Part shown: positions 19,739 to 29,324 of the stretch, piece by piece
Layout of the letters: each line of letters begins with the position of its first letter
How positions within the stretch are numbered: position 1 is the stretch's first letter
Source of the DNA: an uncultured Methanosarcinales archaeon
GTDB taxonomy: Archaea; Nanobdellota; Nanobdellia; Woesearchaeales; SM23-78
Length of the DNA: 64,000 nt
NCBI GenBank assembly: GCA_964354085.1
Contig: CAYGYA010000049.1
Coordinates: forward strand, 3,887-67,886
Direction: 5' to 3'
Position numbers and translations under genes: made by a program
Notes under the pieces: generated by a model
What the model saw: only the letters and a program-made list of their open reading frames with translations
Told to the model about the DNA's origin: nothing
The model's database searches: none

Positions 19739-19766
19739 AACGAAAATTTGGCTGTTTAAGGAAAAT

Positions 19767-20126
19767 ATGTATATCGGGACTGATTGTGAGGATATTGAAA
19801 GGTTTGAAAACCTTGAAAAGCAGTTTATTTCTAAAGTGTTTTCAAGGAAAGAAACTGATTATTGCCTGTCCACACAAAAGCCTGCTGAGCATTTTGCTGT
19901 AAGGTTTGCTGCAAAAGAAGCAGTAATAAAAGCATTTATGCAGGCAGGCTGTAGCATAGGATTGGATTTGTGTGACATAGAAATCCTTAAAGACCGTGCG
20001 GGAGTTCCTTTTGCCAAGCTGCATGCTGATAAGCAAGATAAATTAAACAGCTACACCATAAGGGTTAGCATGTCGCATTCAAAAAATATGGCTTTGGCTT
20101 TTGCAATAGTTTTTCAGAAAAATTAA
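19767..20126 (+). CDS. acpS: Holo-ACP synthase (4'-phosphopantetheinyl transferase)
   Basis: IGTD, RFAAKEAVIKA, GVP and VSMSH motifs. Confidence 0.92.
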   Translation: MYIGTDCEDIERFENLEKQFISKVFSRKETDYCLSTQKPAEHFAVRFAAKEAVIKAFMQAGCSIGLDLCDIEILKDRAGVPFAKLHADKQDKLNSYTIRVSMSHSKNMALAFAIVFQKN

Positions 20127-20153
20127 TAAACCGCAACGCCAGTTAAGGTTTTC

Positions 20154-21977
20154 ATGAGTGATTTTTTTGAAGAAAAGTCCTTGCTTGACAAGCTTACCTT
20201 TGAGTCTCCCATCTATGATTATATTTCTGCTTATTCAAAATTGCATTCCCTGGACCTATCGCCGCTCAAGCTGAAAAAGCTAAGAATCGCTTTTGTCTGC
20301 AGTTTCACTATTTCAAACATTGAAAAAGTTTTTTTCACTCTCTGCATAAAAAACAACATCATGCCTGAGTTTTACTTCTCGGATTATAACCAGTATACCC
20401 AGGACATCTTAGACGAAAAGAGCAAGCTATACTCTTTTCACCCCGATATTACTTTTCTGTTTATTGATTCAAGAGCCCTGCTTGCGGAATCATATTTTGT
20501 TCCTTATCCTTCCTCTGAAGAAAGCATGAAAAAAAATGCTGAGGAAATTACCAATTATCTTATTAATTTGGTTGACAAGCTTCAAAAATTTTGCCCCAAA
20601 ACAGTTGTTCATAACCTGGAAATACCTTTCTATTCACCCCTGGGAATTGCGGAAAACAAGGAGGCTTTCGGGTTTTTGGATATTTTTTCATCAGTAAACA
20701 ATGCTTTAAGAAAAAAGTATGAGGAAAACAGCTCTGTTTTTGTTTTTGATTTTGACCAGTTCCTGTCTAAAATAGGCAAAGAAAATGCATTTGATTACAA
20801 GATGTATTATTTAGGTGACATGAAGATTGCCATGCAAATCTTTCCAAAACTGGTAAACGAATACCTGGCATATCTTATTCCTACAGCCTCCTTTACAAGA
20901 AGGTGCATTGTCCTTGACCTGGATAACACTCTTTGGGGAGGAAATGTGGGAGATGATGGGTTTAATGGAATTCAGCTTGGCCCAAAGCCTCCTGGGAACC
21001 AGTTCATGGATTTCCAAAAACATCTCCTGGCCCTGCACAATAGGGGCATTCTCCTGGCTATCAACAGCAGCAACAACTATGAGGAAGCAATGAATGTGAT
21101 TGAGAAACACCAGTTCATGGTATTAAAGAAAAAAAATTTCTCATCGATTAAGATAAACTGGGAGCCAAAAGATGAGAATATGAAGAATATCGCTAAGGAG
21201 ATTAACATAGGACTTGATTCCTTTGTTTTCATAGATGACCTAGCAGAGAACAGGGAAAGAATCAAGGAGCTGCTTCCTGAAGTTGAGACGATAGATATGC
21301 CTGAAGATCCTGCCCTTTATACAAAAACGCTTCTTGACCTAAAATTGTTTTCATCATTTGCAATTACTGAGGAAGACTTCTGCAGGGGCGAACTGTATGC
21401 CCAGCGAAGCCAGCGTGACAGTTTAAGACTATCATCTAACAGTATGGAGAAATTCTTAGAGAATCTGGGATTGTCAGTCAATATTGCACAGGCAGACTTG
21501 CCTTCAATTCCAAGGATTTCCCAGCTATGCATGAAAACCAACCAATTCAACGTCACCACAAGAAGATATTCTGAATCAGACATCAAAGCATTTTATGAAA
21601 ACAATAATTGCGTAGTATACCAATTGGATGCAACTGACCGCTTTGGCGACCATGGGCTGGTAGGAGTTTGTATCATAAAAAAAGAGGGTGACAAGGCGTT
21701 CATTGACAGCTTTTTGCTGAGTTGCAGAGTTATGGGATTTCATATAGAAAATGCTTTTTATAATTATGTTGCAGATGACCTAAAGAAGCAGGGTATTACA
21801 AGCATATCTTCTCTCTACATCCCTACTACAAAAAATTCTCCTGTAAAGGATTTGTACGCCTCGTTTGGTTTTAGCAAGGCAAAGGAAAATGATGATGGTT
21901 CAGTTCAATGGGATAAAAGCCTACAGGATTTCACACCTGAGTATCCCAAATGGATTTTAATGGAGATAAAAAAATGA
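20154..21977 (+). CDS. FkbH-like HAD-IIIC glyceryl transferase/phosphatase
   Basis: DLDNTLWGG, INW.PK, FIDD, KTNQFN, DRFGDHG and LLSCRV motifs. Confidence 0.92.
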   Translation: MSDFFEEKSLLDKLTFESPIYDYISAYSKLHSLDLSPLKLKKLRIAFVCSFTISNIEKVFFTLCIKNNIMPEFYFSDYNQYTQDILDEKSKLYSFHPDITFLFIDSRALLAESYFVPYPSSEESMKKNAEEITNYLINLVDKLQKFCPKTVVHNLEIPFYSPLGIAENKEAFGFLDIFSSVNNALRKKYEENSSVFVFDFDQFLSKIGKENAFDYKMYYLGDMKIAMQIFPKLVNEYLAYLIPTASFTRRCIVLDLDNTLWGGNVGDDGFNGIQLGPKPPGNQFMDFQKHLLALHNRGILLAINSSNNYEEAMNVIEKHQFMVLKKKNFSSIKINWEPKDENMKNIAKEINIGLDSFVFIDDLAENRERIKELLPEVETIDMPEDPALYTKTLLDLKLFSSFAITEEDFCRGELYAQRSQRDSLRLSSNSMEKFLENLGLSVNIAQADLPSIPRISQLCMKTNQFNVTTRRYSESDIKAFYENNNCVVYQLDATDRFGDHGLVGVCIIKKEGDKAFIDSFLLSCRVMGFHIENAFYNYVADDLKKQGITSISSLYIPTTKNSPVKDLYASFGFSKAKENDDGSVQWDKSLQDFTPEYPKWILMEIKK

Positions 21978-22210
21978 GCAAGCTATTCGAGATTGTCGGG
22001 AAAATACTTGGCGCAAATCCTTTAAAAATAAATGATGAAAGTTCAGCAGCAACTTTAAGCGAATGGGACTCGATGAATAATCTCGTCATTTTCTCTGCCA
22101 TAGAAAAGGAATTCAATGTGAAATTCACCATGAAAGAGATTAATTCTGTAAAGAATCTTGGCGCTGTGAAACAACTATTAATGGCAAAGACAGGAAGATC
22201 TGATTTTTAA
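21974..22210 (+). CDS. Acyl carrier protein
   Basis: 78 aa; WDSM phosphopantetheine Ser motif; IEKEFNVKF; overlaps the FkbH stop. Confidence 0.88.
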   Translation: MSKLFEIVGKILGANPLKINDESSAATLSEWDSMNNLVIFSAIEKEFNVKFTMKEINSVKNLGAVKQLLMAKTGRSDF

Positions 22211-22255
22211 ACTTATTTTATACGAGATTAATCAAGGCTTGCCTGGAGAAATAGT

Positions 22256-23041
22256 TTATTTCTTTCTGCACACATAAATAGAGAAGATGGGTATTCTTGT
22301 GAATATATTGTATTCTTCAGGATTGTATTTCTTGAAAGACTGTACTGGCTTACAATCAATAATGTCAATCAGTTCAAAACCTGCCTGCCTTATTGCTTTC
22401 AAAATGATCCTAAAACTTCTTTGGTGCTCCTTGGTTATCATTCCAGGAACCATTTCATAGTTGGTTATGGCTTCAGAAAAAGCATTTCCCAAGTCAATTC
22501 TCTTATTAGTTCTCTTATCAACAACGTATCCTAATCCACGGATTCTCAGGTTCTCATCTTCATAATACTCCCTTGCTGAAGCTATTGGGCTAAGGCAAGA
22601 AAAAAACAATTCACCTGCTTTTTTAAGCACCCTGCCAGCTTCTCTAAAGGCTTTATCAAGGTTATCAACATGGTCAATGCAAAGGCTCGATGTGACTATA
22701 TCAAAGAATTTATTTTCATACGGAAGCTTCTCAGCAGAGCCAACTATAAACTCTGCTCCTTTGCATCGCACTTTTGCAAGCTCAATCATAGTCTTGCTAA
22801 CATCCATGCCCCACACTTTTGCTCCTCTTCGTAAGTATTCTTTTGCATGCACTCCTGCTCCGCAACCAACATCCAACAGTTTCTTGCCCCTTATATTGCC
22901 TATTGCTTTGAACATACAAGGCATTTCAAGAAATTCATTAAAAGCTCTCTCTGCCTTATGTTTTTCTCGGCTCTTCTGGTATTCTGCCCCAAATTCATCA
23001 TACATTCTTTTTGTGTATTTTTCAATAGATTTGCTTGACAT
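22256..23041 (-). CDS. Class I SAM-dependent methyltransferase
   Basis: LLDVGCGAG, LPYENKFFD and RVLK motifs. Confidence 0.9.
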   Translation of the reverse strand: MSSKSIEKYTKRMYDEFGAEYQKSREKHKAERAFNEFLEMPCMFKAIGNIRGKKLLDVGCGAGVHAKEYLRRGAKVWGMDVSKTMIELAKVRCKGAEFIVGSAEKLPYENKFFDIVTSSLCIDHVDNLDKAFREAGRVLKKAGELFFSCLSPIASAREYYEDENLRIRGLGYVVDKRTNKRIDLGNAFSEAITNYEMVPGMITKEHQRSFRIILKAIRQAGFELIDIIDCKPVQSFKKYNPEEYNIFTRIPIFSIYVCRKK

Positions 23042-23627
23042 TTTTCACACTCTCCTCAACCAGTTCATCAATATCCAGTTTAGCTTCCTCATACTCAACC
23101 TTCTCAAGCCGTGAAGTTGTTGCTGGATGCGATGGCAGGAATGGGCAGCCAGGGCTTTTCTGGATTGACATTTCATAGGTTCCTAATTTCCTGGCTAATT
23201 TGATTGTATCGTTCTTGTCAAAGCCTAGCAAGGGTTGCAACACAGTCATCTTGACTGCTCCTTGTATTACTGCCATATTATCAAGAGTCTGGCTTGCTAC
23301 CTGGCCCATGTTCTCCCCTGTTATTATGAAATCGCACTTCTGCTTTTCAGCAAGCTTTTCTGCTATCCTTAGCATCATTCTCTTGCAATAGATGCAGGTG
23401 TAACGAGGATTGCACTTTTCTCTATAAGCATCATGTGCAAATCTTAGCTCTGCAAAAAATAAGTGCTGCACATTTACCTTTTTTGCCAAATCAATAACTT
23501 TCTGATTTTCTTTTTCATTATCCCAGAAATTCAGGTGGAGAGCAATTAACTCAACGCCTTTCTCTGCTGCCAATTTGCCAGCTACTGGGCTGTCAATTCC
23601 TGAGCTGAGCAATAACAAGCCTTTCAT
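23022..23627 (-). CDS. ThiI-like PP-loop sulfurtransferase lacking THUMP/NFLD
   Basis: SSGIDS, CIYCKR, TGENMGQVASQT, PLLGFDK and GCP motifs. Confidence 0.85.
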   Translation of the reverse strand: MKGLLLLSSGIDSPVAGKLAAEKGVELIALHLNFWDNEKENQKVIDLAKKVNVQHLFFAELRFAHDAYREKCNPRYTCIYCKRMMLRIAEKLAEKQKCDFIITGENMGQVASQTLDNMAVIQGAVKMTVLQPLLGFDKNDTIKLARKLGTYEMSIQKSPGCPFLPSHPATTSRLEKVEYEEAKLDIDELVEESVKNVKQIY

Positions 23628-23735
23628 AAAACCAAGGGAATAAAATGGGTTTATAATGGTTGCTAACCCAAAAAAAGATAAATAATACATTTCGTAGTGG
23701 TAACATTTATAAAGGGGTAATTTTCCCACGCGTAT

Positions 23736-24596
23736 ATGACTGGAAAACATAATTCTCGTCGATACAATAAAAAGTCTGATGAGAAGAAAGGATTGACTAT
23801 AGGTCACTTGGGAGTAACTGGGTTAGCATGTGCAACAGGATTGGCTGCATTCCTGAGACCTTATAACATTTCAAATAGCTATGTCGCTGAACAATTTAAA
23901 AATACTCCTAGTATTACAAGACCTGTTCAAACACAAGCTTCAAAGCCTGTGCAACCAATCATCACTCAATACAATAAACCTAGCACAACAGATTATAATA
24001 CTCTTGTTGAAAAGATAAGAGAGGACGCTAGCAACATCCAGCCTGCTAACTACAAGAATTATCTGGAATCTAGCTTAGAACGAGTGCTTGAGCAATGGTA
24101 TGGCACTAAGTGGTCTATGAACGGAGCTTCGCAGCAGCCAAGAAAGGGGAGCGTGGGCTGCGATTATCTTGTAATCAGGGCTTTAGAGGCTCTGGGATAT
24201 AATTTTGACAAGCATGAGCTTGGCTGGGAAACAATTACACAAAACCCTACCAACTGGCTAGCCTCTGAGAACATAGTAAAGGCTGCATCCAGCCAGGTAA
24301 GAGAATTCTGGGGTATGTCATACAAGAACTTAAAAAGATATCTTAATATTCAAGGCAATGGCATTTACGCTTTAGGCACAGATACACATGTAGGTTTCTT
24401 ACAAAAAAAAGGTAACGATTTGTATTTCTACCACAGCAGCCAAAGGCCTCACGGTAAAGTTGTAAAGGAAAAAGCAGACAATGTATCTACGTTAAAACAT
24501 TCAAATGTCTATGTTATTGGAAAACTTTTCACTCCCGATATGTATGACAGGTATTTTCAGAAAGAACCAAAGCCTGTGAGCGCTAGCGGAATGTAA
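23736..24596 (+). CDS. Membrane-anchored protein with NlpC/P60-like papain-fold motifs
   Basis: N-terminal hydrophobic segment and P/T/Q linker, then WYGTKW, GCDY, HVGF and FYHSS. Confidence 0.6.
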   Translation: MTGKHNSRRYNKKSDEKKGLTIGHLGVTGLACATGLAAFLRPYNISNSYVAEQFKNTPSITRPVQTQASKPVQPIITQYNKPSTTDYNTLVEKIREDASNIQPANYKNYLESSLERVLEQWYGTKWSMNGASQQPRKGSVGCDYLVIRALEALGYNFDKHELGWETITQNPTNWLASENIVKAASSQVREFWGMSYKNLKRYLNIQGNGIYALGTDTHVGFLQKKGNDLYFYHSSQRPHGKVVKEKADNVSTLKHSNVYVIGKLFTPDMYDRYFQKEPKPVSASGM

Positions 24597-24600
24597 AAGA

Positions 24601-25278
24601 TTATTTTTTCTTGCAGACAAACATTGCATGGTCTCTTTCAAAAGGCTCGAGCTCTCTGTAATCAACAACCACCATGCTGCTCTTGTCTAGCTGCATTCTC
24701 ACGTCCCTGAAGATTTCCCTTGGCCTTTTTGCAACATCAACACTCCTGGCTTTTAATGCCAGAAGCCCAAATCCTCCTTTTTTCAGGAATGCATCGCAGT
24801 TCTTTAGGAAAATCTCAACCTGGTTTCTCTGGGCAATATCCTGGAACACAACATTAACCTGGGGGCTTATTAGCTCTTTATATTCTTCAGGGTGATTAGC
24901 ATCAGCAAGTATAGGAGCCATGTTAATCCTTTCCTCGCAAACAAAAACCAGATCTCGCACAACACGGGGCGCATTGTCTAAGCAGAAAACAAATCCTTCA
25001 TTACCAACCAAGTCTGATACATAGCTTGGAGTGAATCCATGGGCAGCTCCCAAGTAGAGCACAATATCCTTGTCCTTTATCCCTATCTGTGATATGCCTT
25101 TCTTTATTGCTGCTCCTAGCTTGCTTCTTGAAACATCCCAGCTCCTGAACTCAACTCCTTGCTCTCTTATCAGCTCTTCTGCAAAAAATGATTTGCCAGG
25201 AGTCAGGTTTCTAGTGTACACTGCTCTTCTCTGCCTATTATCCTCAAACACATTGAACTTCTTGATTTCTTCTAGCAT
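24601..25278 (-). CDS. flpA: Fibrillarin-like rRNA/tRNA 2'-O-methyltransferase
   Basis: RSKLGAAI, LYLGAAHG, DIAQ and KARSVD motifs. Confidence 0.95.
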   Translation of the reverse strand: MLEEIKKFNVFEDNRQRRAVYTRNLTPGKSFFAEELIREQGVEFRSWDVSRSKLGAAIKKGISQIGIKDKDIVLYLGAAHGFTPSYVSDLVGNEGFVFCLDNAPRVVRDLVFVCEERINMAPILADANHPEEYKELISPQVNVVFQDIAQRNQVEIFLKNCDAFLKKGGFGLLALKARSVDVAKRPREIFRDVRMQLDKSSMVVVDYRELEPFERDHAMFVCKKK

Positions 25279-25298
25279 AAAAACACCTTTCTAAAACC

Positions 25299-25673
25299 TC
25301 ACCTAAACACTGCCTTGTAAAGGATTATCCTGCTCAAAGCTATGCTGTACATTATCACGCTGATTATCATGCAGATGATTACAAGGAAATCAACAAACAA
25401 GTAGGCAAACAAAAAGCTGAGCACAAGAGTGGCCTGGCCTATTACAATATAGCTTGATGTGTGCTCAAAATAGCTGTGCTTCTTTCCAATTCGATAAACT
25501 TTTTCCTCGTAAATCATCCAGAAATATAACGCAAACCCTATGAGCAGAGTAATGAAATAAAATAATGGTTTTGTTTTCAGGGAGTAAAACACAAAACTAA
25601 GCACAATAATCAGCAACAATGTAAGGAATTCATTTTCAAACAGCAAATACTTATTATGCCTGCTTATCTTCAT
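25299..25673 (-). CDS. Small 4-TM membrane protein
   Basis: Four hydrophobic segments; lies between nop5 and flpA. Confidence 0.7.
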   Translation of the reverse strand: MKISRHNKYLLFENEFLTLLLIIVLSFVFYSLKTKPLFYFITLLIGFALYFWMIYEEKVYRIGKKHSYFEHTSSYIVIGQATLVLSFLFAYLFVDFLVIICMIISVIMYSIALSRIILYKAVFR

Positions 25674-25687
25674 AAAGTTCGCCTCCT

Positions 25688-26422
25688 TTACCTGAACTTC
25701 GCCTCTAGTTCTTTTAATAATTTGTCTGCAATAAATTCTCCTTTGAAAAAGTCAATCCTGACAGCAAGGAATATCTTGTCAGCCAGTTGCCTTGCAGCCC
25801 TGCCCCGGTCAGATTTTTTTGCTTTTTGCACAAGCTGGTGCTGTAACAGATACCCGTACTTCGGAGGCCTGGCTCCCGTCCTTATGTGCCTGAACAAAGC
25901 CTTCTCAGCTCCTAGCAACTGTATTGTACTGCTTCTCATCATGGCTAATTTTTTCAAGCTGCCTGCTCCACGCAGCAGCTTTGCTCCAATCAAAGAGCCC
26001 GCAAGCACTGTGAGGTTAGGGCAGTAGGCTTTCATAGTCTTCTCAAGATAATCCTCAAGCAGCTGAGACTCTCTCATTAAGTCAGATATTATGCTTGCCA
26101 GCGAGAGTATAGGCTCAAAGTCTTTTTTTTCAAAATGAGCACCCATCTCATCCTTTATCTTAAGTTCTTTCACCAATTCCTTCTTATCTGCCTTTAATAC
26201 GAGCTTTACAAAGTTCTCATGCTCAGCAATCTTCTTGTCAAGCTCTGGAAAATAAAGAGAATACCACTCCCTAAGCCTCTTGCTCAGGTTATTAATTATT
26301 TTCTGCAACTCCTCAACATTATTCACAGCATTGATTATGAAAACGTCAGGATTAACACTGTCCTTAACGCCTTTTTTTGCAAGCTCAAGGTTCTTTTTCC
26401 TCAAATCAGCCAACTTAGCCAT
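25688..26422 (-). CDS. nop5: Nop5/Nop56 box C/D RNP protein (short form)
   Basis: LREWYSLYFPEL, STIQLLGAEKALF and PPKYG motifs. Confidence 0.93.
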   Translation of the reverse strand: MAKLADLRKKNLELAKKGVKDSVNPDVFIINAVNNVEELQKIINNLSKRLREWYSLYFPELDKKIAEHENFVKLVLKADKKELVKELKIKDEMGAHFEKKDFEPILSLASIISDLMRESQLLEDYLEKTMKAYCPNLTVLAGSLIGAKLLRGAGSLKKLAMMRSSTIQLLGAEKALFRHIRTGARPPKYGYLLQHQLVQKAKKSDRGRAARQLADKIFLAVRIDFFKGEFIADKLLKELEAKFR

Positions 26423-26656
26423 TACAAGCTATAATTAGTGAGGAGAATCTTTTAAATGTTGCTATAAATGAGCACAAAACAATCACCTTTAAAAACCAGA
26501 CCCGCCTCCTTTGTTCTATGATTAACGCATTTGTTTATGGGGCATATTGCCATTTGAGAGTTTAGCTAGTTCTAGCGCTATTGTTTAGTTATTAACTTCA
26601 TTAATTTTTTTGATTCGGTTTTTTATTCAATTCAAAAAACAACAAGGTGATTTAAT

Positions 26657-27727
26657 ATGGTCAAGAAAGAAAATAACAAAGAAAAAAAAGCAAATAAAGA
26701 AAAAAAGGTTCCAAAGTACCAAGATCAAACCAAGTTCATGAGAAGATATGAGTCATTAGAAGGCTTTCCTGAGATTAAGGGCTATGATTTTGAAAAAGAT
26801 TTTCATTTTGACGAGTTTGTAGAATCATACAGCTCAATGGGAATACAAGCCTCTAATCTTGGCAAAGCCATTGAAATAACCAATGAGATGATAGACGGCA
26901 AAGCAACTATCTTCTTGTCATGCACTTCTAATATGATAAGCTCAGGAACAAGAGAGATTATCAAGTTCCTTGTGAAGCACAAGTTTGTGCAAGTTCTCTC
27001 AATGAGTGTTGGGGGAGTTGAAGAGGATATTATCAAGTGCATTAAGCCATTTGTTGCAGGCAGCTTTGATGTGCCTGGCAGAGTGCTTTTTGAAAAAGGA
27101 GTTGGCAGGATAGGAAACATATTTGCTCCCTATGACAGATACCTTTATTTTGAGAAGTTCATGGAGCCATTGTTTGAGAGAGTATACAAAGAGTCAAAAA
27201 AAAGGAATAGGCCATTCACACCTTCAGAGTTCATCAAGGAAATGGGCAAGGAGATTAATAATGAGGAATCAATAATTTACTGGGCTTATAAGAACAACAT
27301 ACCAGTGTTCTGCCCTGCACTGACAGACGGAAGCGTTGGAGACTTGTTCTATTTCCAGAAGTTCAATAAGAAAGACTTTTGCATAGACATTGTAGAAGAC
27401 CATGTGAAAATAATCAATCTTGCGCTTAACTCTGAAAAAACAGGAGCAATAATCCTCGGAGGAGGAGTTGCAAAGCACTATGTGCTTAATGCAAATATTT
27501 TCAGGGAAGGGCTTGATTATGCTGTTTACATCACAACAGCAACAGAGCATGATGCGAGCGACTCAGGAGGCAACTTACAGGAAGCAATGACCTGGGCAAA
27601 GATAAAACTCAATGCGTCGAATGTCAAGGTGATTGCAGAAGCCAGCCTTGTGTTCCCACTGCTTGTTGCTGCTACGTTTGCTAAGAGGCAAAGGGAAGAC
27701 AAGGAAGAAAAAGGTGGGAGAAAATAA
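26657..27727 (+). CDS. dhs: Deoxyhypusine synthase
   Basis: TSNMISSG, PALTDGSVGD, GGGVAKH, DASDSG and EAMTWAK motifs. Confidence 0.95.
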   Translation: MVKKENNKEKKANKEKKVPKYQDQTKFMRRYESLEGFPEIKGYDFEKDFHFDEFVESYSSMGIQASNLGKAIEITNEMIDGKATIFLSCTSNMISSGTREIIKFLVKHKFVQVLSMSVGGVEEDIIKCIKPFVAGSFDVPGRVLFEKGVGRIGNIFAPYDRYLYFEKFMEPLFERVYKESKKRNRPFTPSEFIKEMGKEINNEESIIYWAYKNNIPVFCPALTDGSVGDLFYFQKFNKKDFCIDIVEDHVKIINLALNSEKTGAIILGGGVAKHYVLNANIFREGLDYAVYITTATEHDASDSGGNLQEAMTWAKIKLNASNVKVIAEASLVFPLLVAATFAKRQREDKEEKGGRK

Positions 27728-27728
27728 A

Positions 27729-28172
27729 ATGTTGAGCAAAGCTGTAAAAGAAAAACTAAAGAATAATCAGAAGGTGCTTGCGTTATGGGCTGCTGACTGC
27801 GCAGAGCATGTGCTCCCATATTTTGAGAAAAAATATCCAAGAGATGAACGCCCTAGAAAAGCCATTGAGGCAGCAAGAGCTTGGACACATGGAGAGATAC
27901 GCGTTAGCGAGGCTCGCACAGCAGCTCTTGCTGCTCATGCTGCTGCAAGGGCCACAGATGATCCTTCAGCTCGTACTGCTGCACGCTCAGCTGGTCACGC
28001 CGCAGCAACTGCGCATGTTGCTAGCCATTCTAAGGCTGCAGCTAGCTATGCTGCTAGTGCTGCCGGAGCTGCAGCTCTCTCTGAAGAGCACGAATGGCAA
28101 AAAAACCGTCTTAAAAAAAGCCTTCGAAAGATTATACTAACACGTCATCCTAGGATTAAGCAACTTTTATAA
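27729..28172 (+). CDS. Imm5-like putative immunity protein
   Basis: LALWAADCAEHVL..D.RPRKAIEAARAW..AGHAAATAHV pattern. Confidence 0.75.
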   Translation: MLSKAVKEKLKNNQKVLALWAADCAEHVLPYFEKKYPRDERPRKAIEAARAWTHGEIRVSEARTAALAAHAAARATDDPSARTAARSAGHAAATAHVASHSKAAASYAASAAGAAALSEEHEWQKNRLKKSLRKIILTRHPRIKQLL

Positions 28173-28199
28173 ATCCATATTAATAATCTAGGTATTAAG

Positions 28200-29324
28200 A
28201 TGAGCGAGGATAAAAAAGACCAGATAAAAGTAAGTGCTAAGGAAAAGCTCAGACTAAAGCACATCATGAAGGAACTTGAGCGATATAGAGGCAGGCATAC
28301 AGAACTGGTGTCTGTTTATATTCCATCAGGCTATGACATGAACAAGATTATCAATCACTTGCAGCAAGAGCAAGGGACTGCAACTAACATCAAGAGTGCA
28401 GGCACAAGGAACAATGTTATTAGCGCGCTAGAAAGGATGGTTCAGCACCTAAAGCTTTTCAAGCAGACTCCTCCTAATGGTTTAGCTGTTTTCTCAGGCA
28501 ATGTTGCTGAGAGAGAAGGAGCCCAGGATTTCAAGGTTTGGAGCCTTGAGCCGCCAGTACCTCTTAATATTCGTATTTATCGCTGTGACAAGGAATTTGT
28601 TCTTGAGCCAATCCAACAAATGGTTGAGCATGAAGAAGTATATGGCATGGTAGTGCTTGACAGGAGGGATGCAAATATTGCATTGCTAAAAGGCAAGACA
28701 ATTGTTCCATTGCAAAAGACTCACTCGGAAGTTCCTGGCAAGATAAGAGCTGGAGGACAGAGCGCGCCTCGTTTTGCTCGCCTAAGAGAAGGCGCTATAA
28801 AAGACCATTATAAGAAAGTAGCTGATTACATGAAGGAGCAGTTCCTTTTTCTAAAAGAACTGAAAGGAATACTGATTGGCGGGCCAAGCACTACAACCAC
28901 TGATTTTCTTAACAAGGGATACCTTACAGCTGATGTGAGGAACAAGATTATTGCTGTCAAAGACCTAAGCTATACAGGAGAGTTCGGGCTTCAAGAGCTT
29001 CTAGAGAGAAGCCAGGACGTGCTTGCAGAAGAAGAAGTTGCAAAGGAAAAAGTTCTGATGCAGAAATTCTTCAATCTGCTGGCTACAAAAGCAGAGATGG
29101 TCAGCTACGGAGAAAAGCATGTCAAAGAATGCCTGGCCATGGGAGCAGTTGATATTCTTATATTATCAGAGACTATTGATGAAAAACTAATGGACGAGTT
29201 TGATAATGAATCAAAGAAGTACGGCACTAATATTGAAGTAATCTCAGTTGAGACAAGGGAAGGATTTCAGCTCAAGGAAATGGGAGGTATAGCAGCCATC
29301 CTGAGATATCCTGTGCATGTATAA
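28200..29324 (+). CDS. prf1: Peptide chain release factor aRF1
   Basis: NIKS, YRCDKEF and GGQS motifs. Confidence 0.97.
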   Translation: MSEDKKDQIKVSAKEKLRLKHIMKELERYRGRHTELVSVYIPSGYDMNKIINHLQQEQGTATNIKSAGTRNNVISALERMVQHLKLFKQTPPNGLAVFSGNVAEREGAQDFKVWSLEPPVPLNIRIYRCDKEFVLEPIQQMVEHEEVYGMVVLDRRDANIALLKGKTIVPLQKTHSEVPGKIRAGGQSAPRFARLREGAIKDHYKKVADYMKEQFLFLKELKGILIGGPSTTTTDFLNKGYLTADVRNKIIAVKDLSYTGEFGLQELLERSQDVLAEEEVAKEKVLMQKFFNLLATKAEMVSYGEKHVKECLAMGAVDILILSETIDEKLMDEFDNESKKYGTNIEVISVETREGFQLKEMGGIAAILRYPVHV

